Assembly (NCBI GenBank): GCA_050015395.1
Contig: JBEKBM010000016.1
Span: 11,510-75,509, forward strand
Direction of reading: 5' to 3'
DNA length: 64,000 nt
Origin: Candidatus Bathyarchaeia archaeon
Lineage (GTDB): Archaea; Thermoproteota; Bathyarchaeia; Bathyarchaeales; Bathycorpusculaceae
A program made the position numbers and the translations under genes. Shown in pieces: positions 38,763 to 48,991 of this stretch (its first letter is position 1; every line of letters starts with the position of its first letter). Under the pieces are notes generated by a model. The model ran no database searches. It was given only the letters and a program-made list of their open reading frames with translations, and was not told the DNA's origin.

Positions 38763-39380
38763 ATGGAAAAAACTGATAAACCTCTAACTAGAGACGCACT
38801 AATCTCTATGCAAGTCGTAGACGCAAAAGGACGATTGGTAGGAAAAGTTAAAGATATCGCTTTCGCCGTTGGAAAGACGGGCATTTCCTTGTCAGTGGAG
38901 AATGAGGCTGGAGAAACCCAACACATCCCTTGGGAAGATGTTCAAGGAGCATCAGACTTCATACTTTTAAAAGCAGTTCCACAAAGCACTTATCAACCAC
39001 AACAGCAGCAGCAACCCGTTCAAACTAGTTCTCTTAGTGAGGAAGAAAAGGTTTTTGGGCCTTATGAACAGCAGCAGCAACCCGTTCAAACTGTAGTTAA
39101 GGAACAGTCAACTCAACCACTTTGCCCAACATGCAATCAACCTCTCACATGGATTCCACAATACAAAAGATGGTACTGCTACAACGACAAAAAATACGTT
39201 TCAGTGGGTAAGAAAAAGTTTTTGGGCTTTATGAACCGCAGCAGCAGCAGCAGCAACAACGTTCAAACTGTAGTTAAGGAACAGTCAACTCAACCACTTT
39301 GCCCAACATGCAATCAACCTCTCACATGGATTCCACAATACAAAAGATGGTACTGCTACAACGACAAAAAATACGTCTAA
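38763..39380 (+). CDS. PRC-barrel protein with duplicated C-terminal zinc-ribbon-like motif
   Basis: VVDAKGRLVGKVKDI..IPWEDV..DFILLK; CPTC..WYC twice. Confidence 0.8.
   Translation: MEKTDKPLTRDALISMQVVDAKGRLVGKVKDIAFAVGKTGISLSVENEAGETQHIPWEDVQGASDFILLKAVPQSTYQPQQQQQPVQTSSLSEEEKVFGPYEQQQQPVQTVVKEQSTQPLCPTCNQPLTWIPQYKRWYCYNDKKYVSVGKKKFLGFMNRSSSSSNNVQTVVKEQSTQPLCPTCNQPLTWIPQYKRWYCYNDKKYV
39083..39376 (+). repeat. Perfect 117-bp direct repeat (39083-39199, 39260-39376)
   Basis: CGTTCAAACTGTAG...AAAATACGT identical. Confidence 0.93.
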
Positions 39381-39420
39381 ACAGCATAAACTATCTTAAA
39401 ACATTTTTAATTTTTAATTT

Positions 39421-40053
39421 TTACGCCGTTCCATTTAACAAGGACTTTTCCAATATTGTGATTGTTCCGTTTTTTCCAAGACGGAGTTGCCTTTCAGCCT
39501 TAAACATAGCCACGTGCGCATTCTTCACTTCTATACAGTTACCCACTGAAACGGCGTTTACCTGTTGGTCCCAAAGGCAAAGCATTATTTTTCCTGTTTC
39601 ATCACCTATCCATGCGTTAGAAACAAGGGCGTTGTCTCTAAATTGAGTATGAACCTTGGATGGCTCAGAAGTTTCCAGCACTTTGGCAATTACATTGACC
39701 TTTTTCATGCCTACTCGTAGATTCTCTATCTTCATATGTGGAGGGACCGGGTTTTGCTTTGCGATCTCTTTTCGGACTCTGCTTGTATCCATCCAATTAT
39801 CGAATGAAACATCCTTTTGTGAGAGAGTTTCTTCGGGAACCCTGAATTGCGCAATTACTTTACTATTTTTAGTTATTAGGAAGATGGCTTCGTTGTTAAC
39901 ACTTCCACGGTATTCAACCGTTAAGTCTTCGCATGCTGATTTCCCGTGTTCTTTTGCCTGAATTAAAGCCTGAAACAGTTCGGTGGGATAAACGCCATGC
40001 TGTGCTGAAATGAAAGCAAGCTGATCTTCTAATGTTGGCTTTTTTGATTTCAT
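39421..40053 (-). CDS. OB-fold ssDNA-binding protein (SSB/RPA-like) with N-terminal extension
   Basis: KIENLRVGMKKVNV..IGDETGKIMLCLWD..IEVKNAHV..LRLGKNG. Confidence 0.82.
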   Translation of the reverse strand: MKSKKPTLEDQLAFISAQHGVYPTELFQALIQAKEHGKSACEDLTVEYRGSVNNEAIFLITKNSKVIAQFRVPEETLSQKDVSFDNWMDTSRVRKEIAKQNPVPPHMKIENLRVGMKKVNVIAKVLETSEPSKVHTQFRDNALVSNAWIGDETGKIMLCLWDQQVNAVSVGNCIEVKNAHVAMFKAERQLRLGKNGTITILEKSLLNGTA

Positions 40054-40318
40054 ACTTAATTTTTTCCTCTTTATAGCGAATTATCTTGAAGAAAGCAAAT
40101 GTTAGGTTTCAAAATTTACTTTTTCTTGATTAATTCTGACAGTTTATTATTAATATCGTGTTAACTATAAAGGCTTAGCTATAAAAAAACGGAATTTTCA
40201 GGGTAATTTGTATGATTTGCCTTGATGCGCTATGGGTTTGTTTTTTGTCCAAAAAGGAAAAAGACTAGTACTTTACAATATATCTATGTAAACAAGCTGT
40301 TTTGAGGCTTAACGGTTT

Positions 40319-41206
40319 TTGGTGAAAAATGTGATGGAGGATCTAAGAGAATTAACTAAAGTCAAACTAAGCAATTTGGATAAAATCTTTTACCCAGAAG
40401 TTAATGTTAGCAAAGGACAAGTTATCGAGTACTACATTAAAATGGCGCCGAAAATGCTACCGATTATGACTGATAGACCGTTAGTTCTAACCAGATACCC
40501 TGATGGCGTTAATGGCGAAAACTTCAGTTTTTTTGAAAAAGACGCTCCACAAGGTACGCCCGAATGGATTAAAATAAAAACAATTTACTCCCCAACGTCC
40601 CAACGAGACGTCCACTATATCGTTTGCAACAACTTGGATACGCTTATTTGGCTTGCAAACTTGGCAGCATTAGAAATCCACATGCCCTTCTCCAAGATTA
40701 ACGCTCTGGATAAGCCTGATTTACTATTTTTTGATATTGACCCTGAACCACCAGCAACGTTAAGTGATGCCGCAGAGGTTGCGCTTTTGCTTAAAGACAA
40801 GTTGCTAGATTTAGGACTTACACCTTTCATTAAGACTTCAGGCAAAAAAGGTCTTCATGTCATAATTCCAATAGTTCCAGAGCATACTTTTGAAGAAGCA
40901 AGGGCTTTTGTGCATAAAATCGGAATCGACTTAGCCAAGGAAAGTGACATTGTTGTTTCCGAATTCAAGGATACAAAGAAGCCAGGAAAGGTTTTCGCCG
41001 ATTACCTCCAGAATTCGCCGATGCGAACAATGGTGGTTCCTTACAGCTTAAGGCCGACGCCTCAAGCCTCTGTTTCGACACCTTTAGAGTGGACTGAAAT
41101 AAAGAAAGGCATAAACCCCTCCGGCTTCAATATTTTTAGTGTAGTTGAGCGGAAACTTGATCCGTGGAAAAATATTTTTGAAAAAAGAGTTAAACTGGAG
41201 ATTTAA
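40319..41206 (+). CDS. LigD polymerase domain (NHEJ PrimPol)
   Basis: LSNLDKIFYP, RYPDG, FDIDP, KTSGKKGLH, DYLQN, PYSLR. Confidence 0.92.
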   Translation: MVKNVMEDLRELTKVKLSNLDKIFYPEVNVSKGQVIEYYIKMAPKMLPIMTDRPLVLTRYPDGVNGENFSFFEKDAPQGTPEWIKIKTIYSPTSQRDVHYIVCNNLDTLIWLANLAALEIHMPFSKINALDKPDLLFFDIDPEPPATLSDAAEVALLLKDKLLDLGLTPFIKTSGKKGLHVIIPIVPEHTFEEARAFVHKIGIDLAKESDIVVSEFKDTKKPGKVFADYLQNSPMRTMVVPYSLRPTPQASVSTPLEWTEIKKGINPSGFNIFSVVERKLDPWKNIFEKRVKLEI

Positions 41207-41208
41207 TT

Positions 41209-42033
41209 ATGACTCAGGAAGATTTAGAAAAAAAGCAAAGTGAAAAAGTTGGTGCGGCTGCTCCGAGAAGGTCAATTTGGTCGGGGAGTATCACAATTGG
41301 TTTAGTGAATGTCCCTGTTAAATTGTATTCCATGATTTATGACAAGGGAATAAATTTCCATTTCTTGCATAAAGTTGACGGTCAACCTTTAAAATACGTT
41401 AAAATGTGCACTAAGGACGACAAGATTGTACCTTGGAGCGAGGTCATCCGAGGCTATGAGGTAGCTAAAAACGAGTATATAGCATTTGATAAGAAAGAGT
41501 TAGATGCTGCAAAACCTGAGTCTGACAGCCGTATACGGATTAGCAAGTTTGTCGATTACTTCTCGGTTGACCCAATTTACTTTGATAAGACTTACGCTTT
41601 GATGCCCCAAAAAAACAAGGAAGCTTACACTTTACTTTTGAGGGCGCTTGAAAGAAAAAACAAAGCTGGCGCTGCACGAATAACCTTGAGAACGAAAGAG
41701 TATCCTGCGTTGTTGCATACGTATAGAGGCGCGCTTGTTTTAACAACATTACGTTATGCTTACGATATTGTTGACCCGCAGGATTTTGAAGAGGTCAAAA
41801 AGTTAAAGGAGCCCGATAAAGCTGAGTTAGATATGGCTATAAAAATAGTGAGTGACCTTTCAGGCGACTTTGATATTACTGAATTCGAAGACACTTACAT
41901 GAAAAGGGTTGAAGAACTTATAGCGCAAAAGCTGAAAGGCGAAAAAATCCAAATCGAGAAGCCGCCAGAAGTGGAAGCTAAAGGTCTCATGGTTGCGCTG
42001 CGAGAAACTCTCAAGCAGTTGGAACAGAAATGA
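41209..42033 (+). CDS. ku: Ku protein
   Basis: RSIWSGSITIGLVNVPVKLY, RGYE, DPIYFDKTY, FEDTY. Confidence 0.93.
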   Translation: MTQEDLEKKQSEKVGAAAPRRSIWSGSITIGLVNVPVKLYSMIYDKGINFHFLHKVDGQPLKYVKMCTKDDKIVPWSEVIRGYEVAKNEYIAFDKKELDAAKPESDSRIRISKFVDYFSVDPIYFDKTYALMPQKNKEAYTLLLRALERKNKAGAARITLRTKEYPALLHTYRGALVLTTLRYAYDIVDPQDFEEVKKLKEPDKAELDMAIKIVSDLSGDFDITEFEDTYMKRVEELIAQKLKGEKIQIEKPPEVEAKGLMVALRETLKQLEQK

Positions 42034-43457
42034 GCCGCCATATTTACAAGCCTATGCTTGCAAAGGTTGCCCCCAACCCTTTCTCGGATAAAGACTGGAT
42101 TTTTGAGATTAAATGGGATGGCTTCAGGGCCATAGCCTATATCGATGAAGAGCTTAGCATAAAAAGTCGCAATGAAAATGAATTAAAACACAACTTTCCG
42201 GAACTGGCTGAGCTAACACGGTTAGCTAATGGCTTAGTTGTTGACGGTGAAATCGTTGTGATGAGAGAAGGCAAGCCTGGCTTCCAAACCCTGCTGGAGC
42301 GTGGTCAAGCTGTTTCAGCTGGCGTGATTCAAAGGCAAGCCAAACGGGCGCCAGTTACATACATTGTTTTTGATGTTTTAGAGAAGGATGACAAACCGCT
42401 CATTAAGCTGCCGTTAATGGAGCGCAAAAAGATTTTGAAGGACTCATTGAGGGAAGGCTCATATGTGCTCCTGTCCGATTTTATTGAGGAGAAAGGAGAA
42501 GCCTACTACCAACTAGTCTTAGAGAAGGGTTTAGAAGGAGTGGTGGCGAAAAAGAAAGATAGTCTCTATGAAGAAGGATTGCGAACTGGGAGTTGGTTGA
42601 AAATTAAAAAACTGAAAACTTGTGACTGCGTAATTTTCGGTTACACAAAAGGAGAGCAATCTAGGGAAAAAACGTTTGGCGCCTTAATTTTAGGACTTTA
42701 CGATAAGGACGGCAGACCAGTTTACGTTGGCAAAGTCGGGACAGGTTTTACTGAAGAAACTCTTGGAGTTTTAAGTGACAAATTTGAAAAATTAAAAACG
42801 GAGCTTGCCCTTTTCAAGCCTGGATTTGGTGATGGGGTAACTTGGCTTGAGCCCAAGTTGGTTTGTGAAGTTGCTTATCAAGTGGTAACGCGGGATATGA
42901 GGTTAAGAATGCCACGTTTTAAAAGTTTAAGAGAGGACAAGTCACCAGCCGAATGTACACTTGACCAACTAATTGAAAACAAAAAAACGGGCACGGCCGA
43001 CGGCGATAGGCTTTCGGAATATGTGTCGAAACGCAATTTCGGACAGACTCCTGAACCTGCGGGCGGAGAGAAAAAGGAGGAGAAACTTATTTTTGTGATC
43101 CAAGAACACCACGCAAGAAGATTGCACTATGACCTGAGACTAGAAAGTGGTGGTGTCTTGAAAAGCTGGGCTGTTCCGAAAGGGATGCCTGAGTCTGCTG
43201 GTGAGCGGCGTTTGGCGGTGGAAACGGAGGATCATCCCTTTGAATACGCAAGTTTTGAGGGCACGATTCCTGTGGGGCAATATGGGGCTGGGACTGTTAA
43301 AATCTGGGATAAAGGTAGTTACGAAACTAAGGTTTGGGAGAATGATAAAATTGAGTTTACGCTTAAGGGTCAAAGGCTTAAAGGACGGTATATTCTTGTG
43401 CGGTTAAAGAAGGCTAAAGACGATAAGTCTTGGTTGCTGCTAAAGGGTAAAGAGTAG
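42030..43457 (+). CDS. ligD: LigD ATP-dependent ligase fused to C-terminal 3'-phosphoesterase
   Basis: PMLA, EIKWDGFR, DGE, EGVVAK, GKVGTGF; then FVIQEHHARRLHYDLRLE, SWAVPKG, EDHP, YGAG. Confidence 0.92.
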   Translation: MSRHIYKPMLAKVAPNPFSDKDWIFEIKWDGFRAIAYIDEELSIKSRNENELKHNFPELAELTRLANGLVVDGEIVVMREGKPGFQTLLERGQAVSAGVIQRQAKRAPVTYIVFDVLEKDDKPLIKLPLMERKKILKDSLREGSYVLLSDFIEEKGEAYYQLVLEKGLEGVVAKKKDSLYEEGLRTGSWLKIKKLKTCDCVIFGYTKGEQSREKTFGALILGLYDKDGRPVYVGKVGTGFTEETLGVLSDKFEKLKTELALFKPGFGDGVTWLEPKLVCEVAYQVVTRDMRLRMPRFKSLREDKSPAECTLDQLIENKKTGTADGDRLSEYVSKRNFGQTPEPAGGEKKEEKLIFVIQEHHARRLHYDLRLESGGVLKSWAVPKGMPESAGERRLAVETEDHPFEYASFEGTIPVGQYGAGTVKIWDKGSYETKVWENDKIEFTLKGQRLKGRYILVRLKKAKDDKSWLLLKGKE

Positions 43458-43938
43458 CATGCAAACTTTCATTTAGTTTTTTTTATCTGGAGTGTCGCTT
43501 TTGGATGTAATGGCAGTTGGCTGCGTTAGTGGAGGTTTTCCTGACCTGACCTAGGTGTTGTGAAGGGCAGAGTGTTGTTTGATTTGCGTGGGAGAGGAAG
43601 TTTGTAATGTTGAAGAATGGTTTTGCACAATAATAGGTGTTTTAGGCTTTATTGTGCAGTTCAGACCTAAAATTTTCATGGTGATTTAAATAGGAAGGGT
43701 AATGCGGGGTTTTACGGTGGTCCTATTTTTTTAGATAATAAAGGGTAAAGATGCAACAATGGAGCTTGCTTGAGGATATTTTTGTTTCTAGGAAAGCTGT
43801 AGTAATTGTCGGGAGCAATCTGCCTGGTGATGCCCTAAACAAGCAGGTTGAATGGAATGAAGAGCTAAATAAGCGTGCAGAAAGATTACCTGAAGAGATA
43901 ACGGTGATGAAAAATAGTAGGGCTAAGAAGGTGGTAAA

Positions 43939-44256
43939 ATGAAGAAGGAAGAAACGGTTGCTGCAAGGTTGCCTGAAGCATTAGTATCGGATTTAAAGAA
44001 GATAGAGGGCGTGGAACAAATAGACCGTTCAACAGTGCTGAGAAAGCTGCTTAACAAGGCTGTAAGGGAATGGAAGAAAGAGTATGCAGCAAAGCTTTAC
44101 GCTGAGGGCTCAATAACTTTGGAAAAGGCTGCCATGGATGCTGGTGCGTCTGTGAGAGAGATGATGGAATACTTAAAGCAAAAAAAAGTGCCCTCTCAGT
44201 ATGATACAGAAGACTTAGATGAAGATATGAAGAACTTCTATAAGAGAATGGCCTGA
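43939..44256 (+). CDS. UPF0175-family antitoxin-like protein, orphan
   Basis: DRSTVLRKLL..LYAEGSITLEKAA..LKQKKVP..DLDED. Confidence 0.8.
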   Translation: MKKEETVAARLPEALVSDLKKIEGVEQIDRSTVLRKLLNKAVREWKKEYAAKLYAEGSITLEKAAMDAGASVREMMEYLKQKKVPSQYDTEDLDEDMKNFYKRMA

Positions 44257-44700
44257 AAAACATGAAGAATCAACGAGAAATGAAGACTTACAAAAAGCAG
44301 TTACTGTTGGCGGAAGCGTTGCTGGTGGAAAGGAGAAAAGAACAAAAGTTAAAGGCACCTTAGGCAAGATAGAGGTTGATGGGGAAGGGGACATACGGCT
44401 GTGGGCAGACAGAATAAAGCCTTATCTAAGCAAGCAAATGAACGTTTTCGGCTACTTCGGCAAAAATTCTTAGGTTATCCTCCTTCGGATGTAACTTCAA
44501 GGAAGATAAAGCCTTGTTGATTTTTTGTGTTTTTTGGATAGATATAATAACATGTTTGAATGAAAAGTAAGAAAAATAGTCAGTGACGTTAGAGGGGCTT
44601 GAGCGTTGGGTAATGTGCTGTATGTTGGCGCTTTCACCAATAAATTGTTAAGATTATTTTTTGGCGGTAACCTATGCCGCTTAAGCATGCGGGGTGTGTA

Positions 44701-46248
44701 ATGGGTAGTTTCTTTGGTAAGTTCTTGTCTTCTTTGAGAAAGAATGTTTGGGCGCTTGCGGCTTTCATTATTCCTTTGGCGATAAGAAGTGTGCCTGAGT
44801 TTTTATCGTGGCCTTACCCGCTTGGGTTGGATACGCTTAACGTTGTGCCGCAAATCCAGAGCGGTTGGGTGTTTTCTTTGGGTCCAGTTGGTTTTCTGCA
44901 TACGACTGGAATGTTTTATGTGTTTGCGGGTTTGCTTTACTGGTTGACTGGTAATGTTGTTTTTGTGTTGAAGTTTTTTGGGCCTGTGCTTTTGGCTGTG
45001 CTTTGTGGTATGTTGTTTCTTTATGCAAGAAAGGGATTGGGCTGGGGTAATGCGAAGTCTTTGCTTGTTTCTGTTTTGGCGGCTACTTATTTTGTGTCTT
45101 TGCGGGATTCGTGGGATCTTTACAGGCAGACGCTGGGGCTTATTTTTTTGGTGGCTGCGCTTATTTCTTTGAAGTCTTTTGGTTCGCCGCGTAAATATTA
45201 TGTTGCGGGCGTGTTTATGGTTTTAACTGTTTTGAGTCAGCAGCTTGCTGCGGTTATTTTGCTTTTTGTTATTTTGGTTGAGGCTGCTCGGTTGCTGGTT
45301 AAAAAATCAGTAAGAGAGTCTGTTTATTTGGTGGGTTCGGCTGTTTTGGCTGGTGCGGTTTTCTTGTTCCAAAGGGTTTCCTTGTCGACAAGCAGCTTTG
45401 GCGCTTTCAGCGTTCCCACCAGTTATGTGGCTTCGGGTCCTTCGGTTTCTTTGGGTTTGTTTATGGCTGGGCTGCTGGTTTATTGTTATGTCCTTATTTT
45501 GCCTTTGGTGCTGGTTGGTTTGGTTGGTTTTAAAGCTTCAGCTATGCATTATTGGGCGGTGCTTTGTGTGGGTATAGTGGTTTTGGAGATGATAAATCCT
45601 AATTTGCCTTTTTATTTTTGGAATCGATGGGTGTATTTGCTTGTGTATCCGCTGTTGTTTTTTGCGGTTCATGGGTTGGATAACCTTTGGAAGTTCTGGT
45701 CCAGTCATAGGGGCAAAATTAGGCGTTTTGTTCCCAAGGTTTTTGCAATAACGTATTTAGTCTTGCTTTTGACGCTGTCTGGGTGTTATTTGGCTGTGGG
45801 TCCGGAGAATCAGATTGCGTTTTTCTCTAAAGATAATTCGTATTTGGCGTTTATTCCGTCTTCTATGCTTCAGAACACGTTGCCTATTAGTGATAATCCG
45901 TCTTTGGTTAATTGTTTTGATTGGATAAACAATAATACTTCTGCTGATTCTGTGGTGGTGATTCATTATGCGTTGGATGATTTGGCTGATATTTACGTTA
46001 AAGGCAGGTTAATAGTTCCTGTTAATCACGGTCCTTCTATGTGGGGTTATCTTCAGAATGAAAGTGCACTTGCAGATGGTATGGTTAATGATGCGAGGGT
46101 TGCTTTAAACAATGGTCATAGCGCTGCTTATACTGTTTGGTGGGTAAGTGGCGAAGGTTGGTATGGGATCCCATCTTTGCCATCAAGCTTCCAAGAGGTT
46201 TACAGATCAGGAAGCATGGCAGTGTATTCATACAACTTAAGTGATTGA
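44701..46248 (+). CDS. Multi-pass membrane protein, GT-C-like
   Basis: PLGLDT first-loop motif, about 12 TM, soluble C-terminal domain. Confidence 0.65.
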   Translation: MGSFFGKFLSSLRKNVWALAAFIIPLAIRSVPEFLSWPYPLGLDTLNVVPQIQSGWVFSLGPVGFLHTTGMFYVFAGLLYWLTGNVVFVLKFFGPVLLAVLCGMLFLYARKGLGWGNAKSLLVSVLAATYFVSLRDSWDLYRQTLGLIFLVAALISLKSFGSPRKYYVAGVFMVLTVLSQQLAAVILLFVILVEAARLLVKKSVRESVYLVGSAVLAGAVFLFQRVSLSTSSFGAFSVPTSYVASGPSVSLGLFMAGLLVYCYVLILPLVLVGLVGFKASAMHYWAVLCVGIVVLEMINPNLPFYFWNRWVYLLVYPLLFFAVHGLDNLWKFWSSHRGKIRRFVPKVFAITYLVLLLTLSGCYLAVGPENQIAFFSKDNSYLAFIPSSMLQNTLPISDNPSLVNCFDWINNNTSADSVVVIHYALDDLADIYVKGRLIVPVNHGPSMWGYLQNESALADGMVNDARVALNNGHSAAYTVWWVSGEGWYGIPSLPSSFQEVYRSGSMAVYSYNLSD

Positions 46249-46389
46249 GAATCCTTGTGTTTTTTGCTTGGTTTTCTATTTTGCGCGCCCTTACTACTAA
46301 GCTTGAAAAGATTTTTTATACGAAAAGCTTTTAATGTTAAACTAGCGAGTAATGGTTCTATTGCCTATGAGCATGGAGAGGAATGGGAA

Positions 46390-46839
46390 ATGGCGAAAGT
46401 AACAGCGCATATTTTTTACTTTAAAGAAAAACTTTGCGGGCGTCCCGACCCAAGGGCGACGGCAGCAGAAAAGAATCAAGATTTACTTTCTGTTGAAAAA
46501 CTTTTCAAGATTAAAAAATTTGCTTTGCGTCGTGGCGTCTGGTTTAAAGCCTTAAACCGAATTGAAAGGGGCGTCTTGGATCTCACCATGAAGTACGTTG
46601 ACAACGTTAAAAGTACAAAGCTGGCCAAAGTGTTGACGGCCATAATACAAAAGCTGAAGCAGGCAACGGAAAGCATGGTTGACAGGTTGATGAGGACTGT
46701 AGGCATCGCTTTAGCTCAAAAGTCAAGTAGTATAGCGGTAGGTTGGGGTAACGTTTCTGCTAAAAGCTGGGCATCTGATTTGCCGTTTGCAGCTTTCTTG
46801 GCTGTAATGCATACAAGTAGTGACTTTAGGCAACATTGA
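46390..46839 (+). CDS. Conserved basic hypothetical protein
   Basis: ALRRGVWFKALNRIERG..AVGWGN..A..W; start uncertain. Confidence 0.7.
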   Translation: MAKVTAHIFYFKEKLCGRPDPRATAAEKNQDLLSVEKLFKIKKFALRRGVWFKALNRIERGVLDLTMKYVDNVKSTKLAKVLTAIIQKLKQATESMVDRLMRTVGIALAQKSSSIAVGWGNVSAKSWASDLPFAAFLAVMHTSSDFRQH

Positions 46840-46848
46840 AGCGGTTAA

Positions 46849-47802
46849 GTGTTAATGCGTAAATCTTTGAAAGTTTTGGTTACTGGTGGGGCTGGCTTTA
46901 TTGGCAGCTATTTAGTTGATCGATTAGTTAAAGATGGCTATGAAATTAGAGTTATTGACGATTTATCTACTGGTAGACTTGATAACATTCAAAATCATTT
47001 GAATGCTGGCAAGATTGATTTTATTAGAGGCGATGTTCGCGATGCTTCGCTTGTTAGAAAGACCGTTGATGGTGTTGATGTGGTTGTTCATTTAGCTGCT
47101 GTGACGAGTGTGCCTTTTTCGGTTGAGAATCCTGATTTAACTTTTGATGTTAACCTGTTGGGTACGTTGAATTTAATTCGTGCGTGTGCTCAAGAGGGTG
47201 TTGGTAGGTTTGTGTTTGTTTCTAGTTGTGCAGTTTGTGGTGAGCCTGAGTTTTTGCCTGTGAAGGAAGAGCATCGGGCTGATCCGATTTCGCCTTATGC
47301 TGAGTCTAAGCTTATAGCTGAGAGTTACTGCTTGGGTTTTCAGGAGCGGCAGCTTTTAGGGTCGGTTGTTTTGCGTTTCTTTAATGTTTATGGTCCAAGG
47401 CAGGGCATGAATGATTATAGTGGAGTAATAACGCGTTTTGTTGACAGTGTAAGACGAAAGGAGCCGTTGGTGATTTATGGTGATGGTTCACAAACACGGG
47501 ATTTTGTTAGTGTCTATGATATTGTTGAAGCAGTTTTAGCTTCCATGAAAAGCAGTAATGCTGAGGGCGAAGTTTTTAATGTTGGTTCTGGTAAGCCCAC
47601 TTCTATTGGTGCGTTGGCTAAGACGGTTTTAGAGTTGGCTGGCGTGGACTTGGAGATTCGTTATGAAAAGCCCAGAGCTGGCGACATCAAGGATAGTTAT
47701 GCGGATATTTCTAAGGCTAAACGGCTGCTGGGTTATGAGCCGCGGGTTTGTTTGCGGGATGGTTTGCGAGTGTTGCTTGAAGAAAAATTGGCAGTTAGCT
47801 AA
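46849..47802 (+). CDS. NDP-sugar epimerase (GalE-like)
   Basis: TGGAGFIG, YAESK, FFNVYGP. Confidence 0.9.
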   Translation: MLMRKSLKVLVTGGAGFIGSYLVDRLVKDGYEIRVIDDLSTGRLDNIQNHLNAGKIDFIRGDVRDASLVRKTVDGVDVVVHLAAVTSVPFSVENPDLTFDVNLLGTLNLIRACAQEGVGRFVFVSSCAVCGEPEFLPVKEEHRADPISPYAESKLIAESYCLGFQERQLLGSVVLRFFNVYGPRQGMNDYSGVITRFVDSVRRKEPLVIYGDGSQTRDFVSVYDIVEAVLASMKSSNAEGEVFNVGSGKPTSIGALAKTVLELAGVDLEIRYEKPRAGDIKDSYADISKAKRLLGYEPRVCLRDGLRVLLEEKLAVS

Positions 47803-47867
47803 ATGGTTGAAATTAAAGATACAAAGAAATTATTAGATAGGTTAGCAGTTAATGGAAGCAATTTGCT
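47803..47867 (+). repeat. Degenerate copy of the first 22 codons of the GT2 gene at 50313
   Basis: MVEIKDTKKLLDRLAVNGSNLL vs MVELEDTRKLLGRLAVNGNNLL. Confidence 0.88.
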
Positions 47868-47951
47868 AGCGCGCGCTAAAGTACTGATTAAAAAAGGCGT
47901 CAGGAAACTTTTTAAGCGTAGTACTTTAACCATTTATGTAGGGCAATCAGC

Positions 47952-48182
47952 ATGCAGAACGTTGTGAAGGTTACTAGGAAAGGGCAAACTACTATCCCAG
48001 CGGAGATTAGGCAAAAACTGGGAATAAATGAGGGTGATGACCTCTTAGTTGAAGCTACTGACCAAGGGCAAGTAGTTTTTAGCCCGTTTCGCAGACTGGA
48101 GGATTGTGCAGGTATTTATTCAAAATATGGCAAGCCTGAGGAAATGAAAAAAGAGATTGAAAAGGTTCGAGAGGAGTACTAG
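47952..48182 (+). CDS. AbrB/MazE-type antitoxin (VapB)
   Basis: KVTRKGQTTIPAEIRQKLGINEGD. Confidence 0.9.
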   Translation: MQNVVKVTRKGQTTIPAEIRQKLGINEGDDLLVEATDQGQVVFSPFRRLEDCAGIYSKYGKPEEMKKEIEKVREEY

Positions 48183-48183
48183 C

Positions 48184-48582
48184 GTGAGAGAGGTTGTGGA
48201 TACCAGATTCCTCATGGAGTATTTTTATTCAGATGAAGCTGATGTAAAGCAAAGAGCGTCAAGGAAAATTAAGGAACTTGTTTTGCACAAAGAAGGCATA
48301 CTTCCAACGATAGTCATTGGTGAAACCATCCAGAATGTTTGCCAAAACATCGGAAAAGATGAAGCAGAAATTTGCTTTGCGCGGCTTATGAAAAGTGCGC
48401 TTAAGATTGAAGACTTAACTGCTGAAATAGCCAAGCAGGCGGGGTTTCTAAAAAGTAAACACCGAGATATCCCGATCGGTGACTGTATAATTGCCGCCAC
48501 AGCAATAGCAAACCGGGCAGGAATAGTCTCTGACGACCCGCATTTCGACGGAATACCGGAAACAAAAAGAACTTGGATATAG
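48184..48582 (+). CDS. vapC: PIN-domain toxin (VapC)
   Basis: VVDT, PTIVIGE, DCIIAATA, SDDPHF; GTG start after antitoxin stop. Confidence 0.88.
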   Translation: MREVVDTRFLMEYFYSDEADVKQRASRKIKELVLHKEGILPTIVIGETIQNVCQNIGKDEAEICFARLMKSALKIEDLTAEIAKQAGFLKSKHRDIPIGDCIIAATAIANRAGIVSDDPHFDGIPETKRTWI

Positions 48583-48604
48583 CGCTAAGGGAAAGAGCGT
48601 TAGG

Positions 48605-48820
48605 TTGGATAGGATAATGATAGACCCAGAAGTTCTGTCTGAGAAACCAGTTATTAAAGGAACCCGCATTCCTGTTTATCTTATCATCGAACTTTTAGCT
48701 AGGGGCATGACGGAAAAAGAAATACTAAGGCAATATCCCACTCTAAGGAAAGAAGACATCAAAGCTGCGCTCCTTTATGCTTCTAATTGCATAGAGAATG
48801 AAGAAACAATAGTGATCTGA
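48605..48820 (+). CDS. DUF433 family protein
   Basis: IDPEV..KPVIKGTRIPV..YPTL..EDIKAALLYA. Confidence 0.92.
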   Translation: MDRIMIDPEVLSEKPVIKGTRIPVYLIIELLARGMTEKEILRQYPTLRKEDIKAALLYASNCIENEETIVI

Positions 48821-48991
48821 GAGCTGCAACTTTTGATCAAGATGATAGTGGCGCGCTAAGAAGCGGTTGCATGAAGTTGGCGGTTGCGTGTTTTTTGAAT
48901 TTGTTAAATTTTTATAAGCGAGTAGATTATCGGGATACTATGAGATGTTTAGTGTCGTCCTTTGTAAGATTTTTGTTTGGTGTTTAGGTGT

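Noticed and set aside
43751-44473. 63-aa ORF before, and start-less open frame after, the UPF0175 gene as its toxin
   Set aside because: Neither shows PIN acidic motifs; probably fragments
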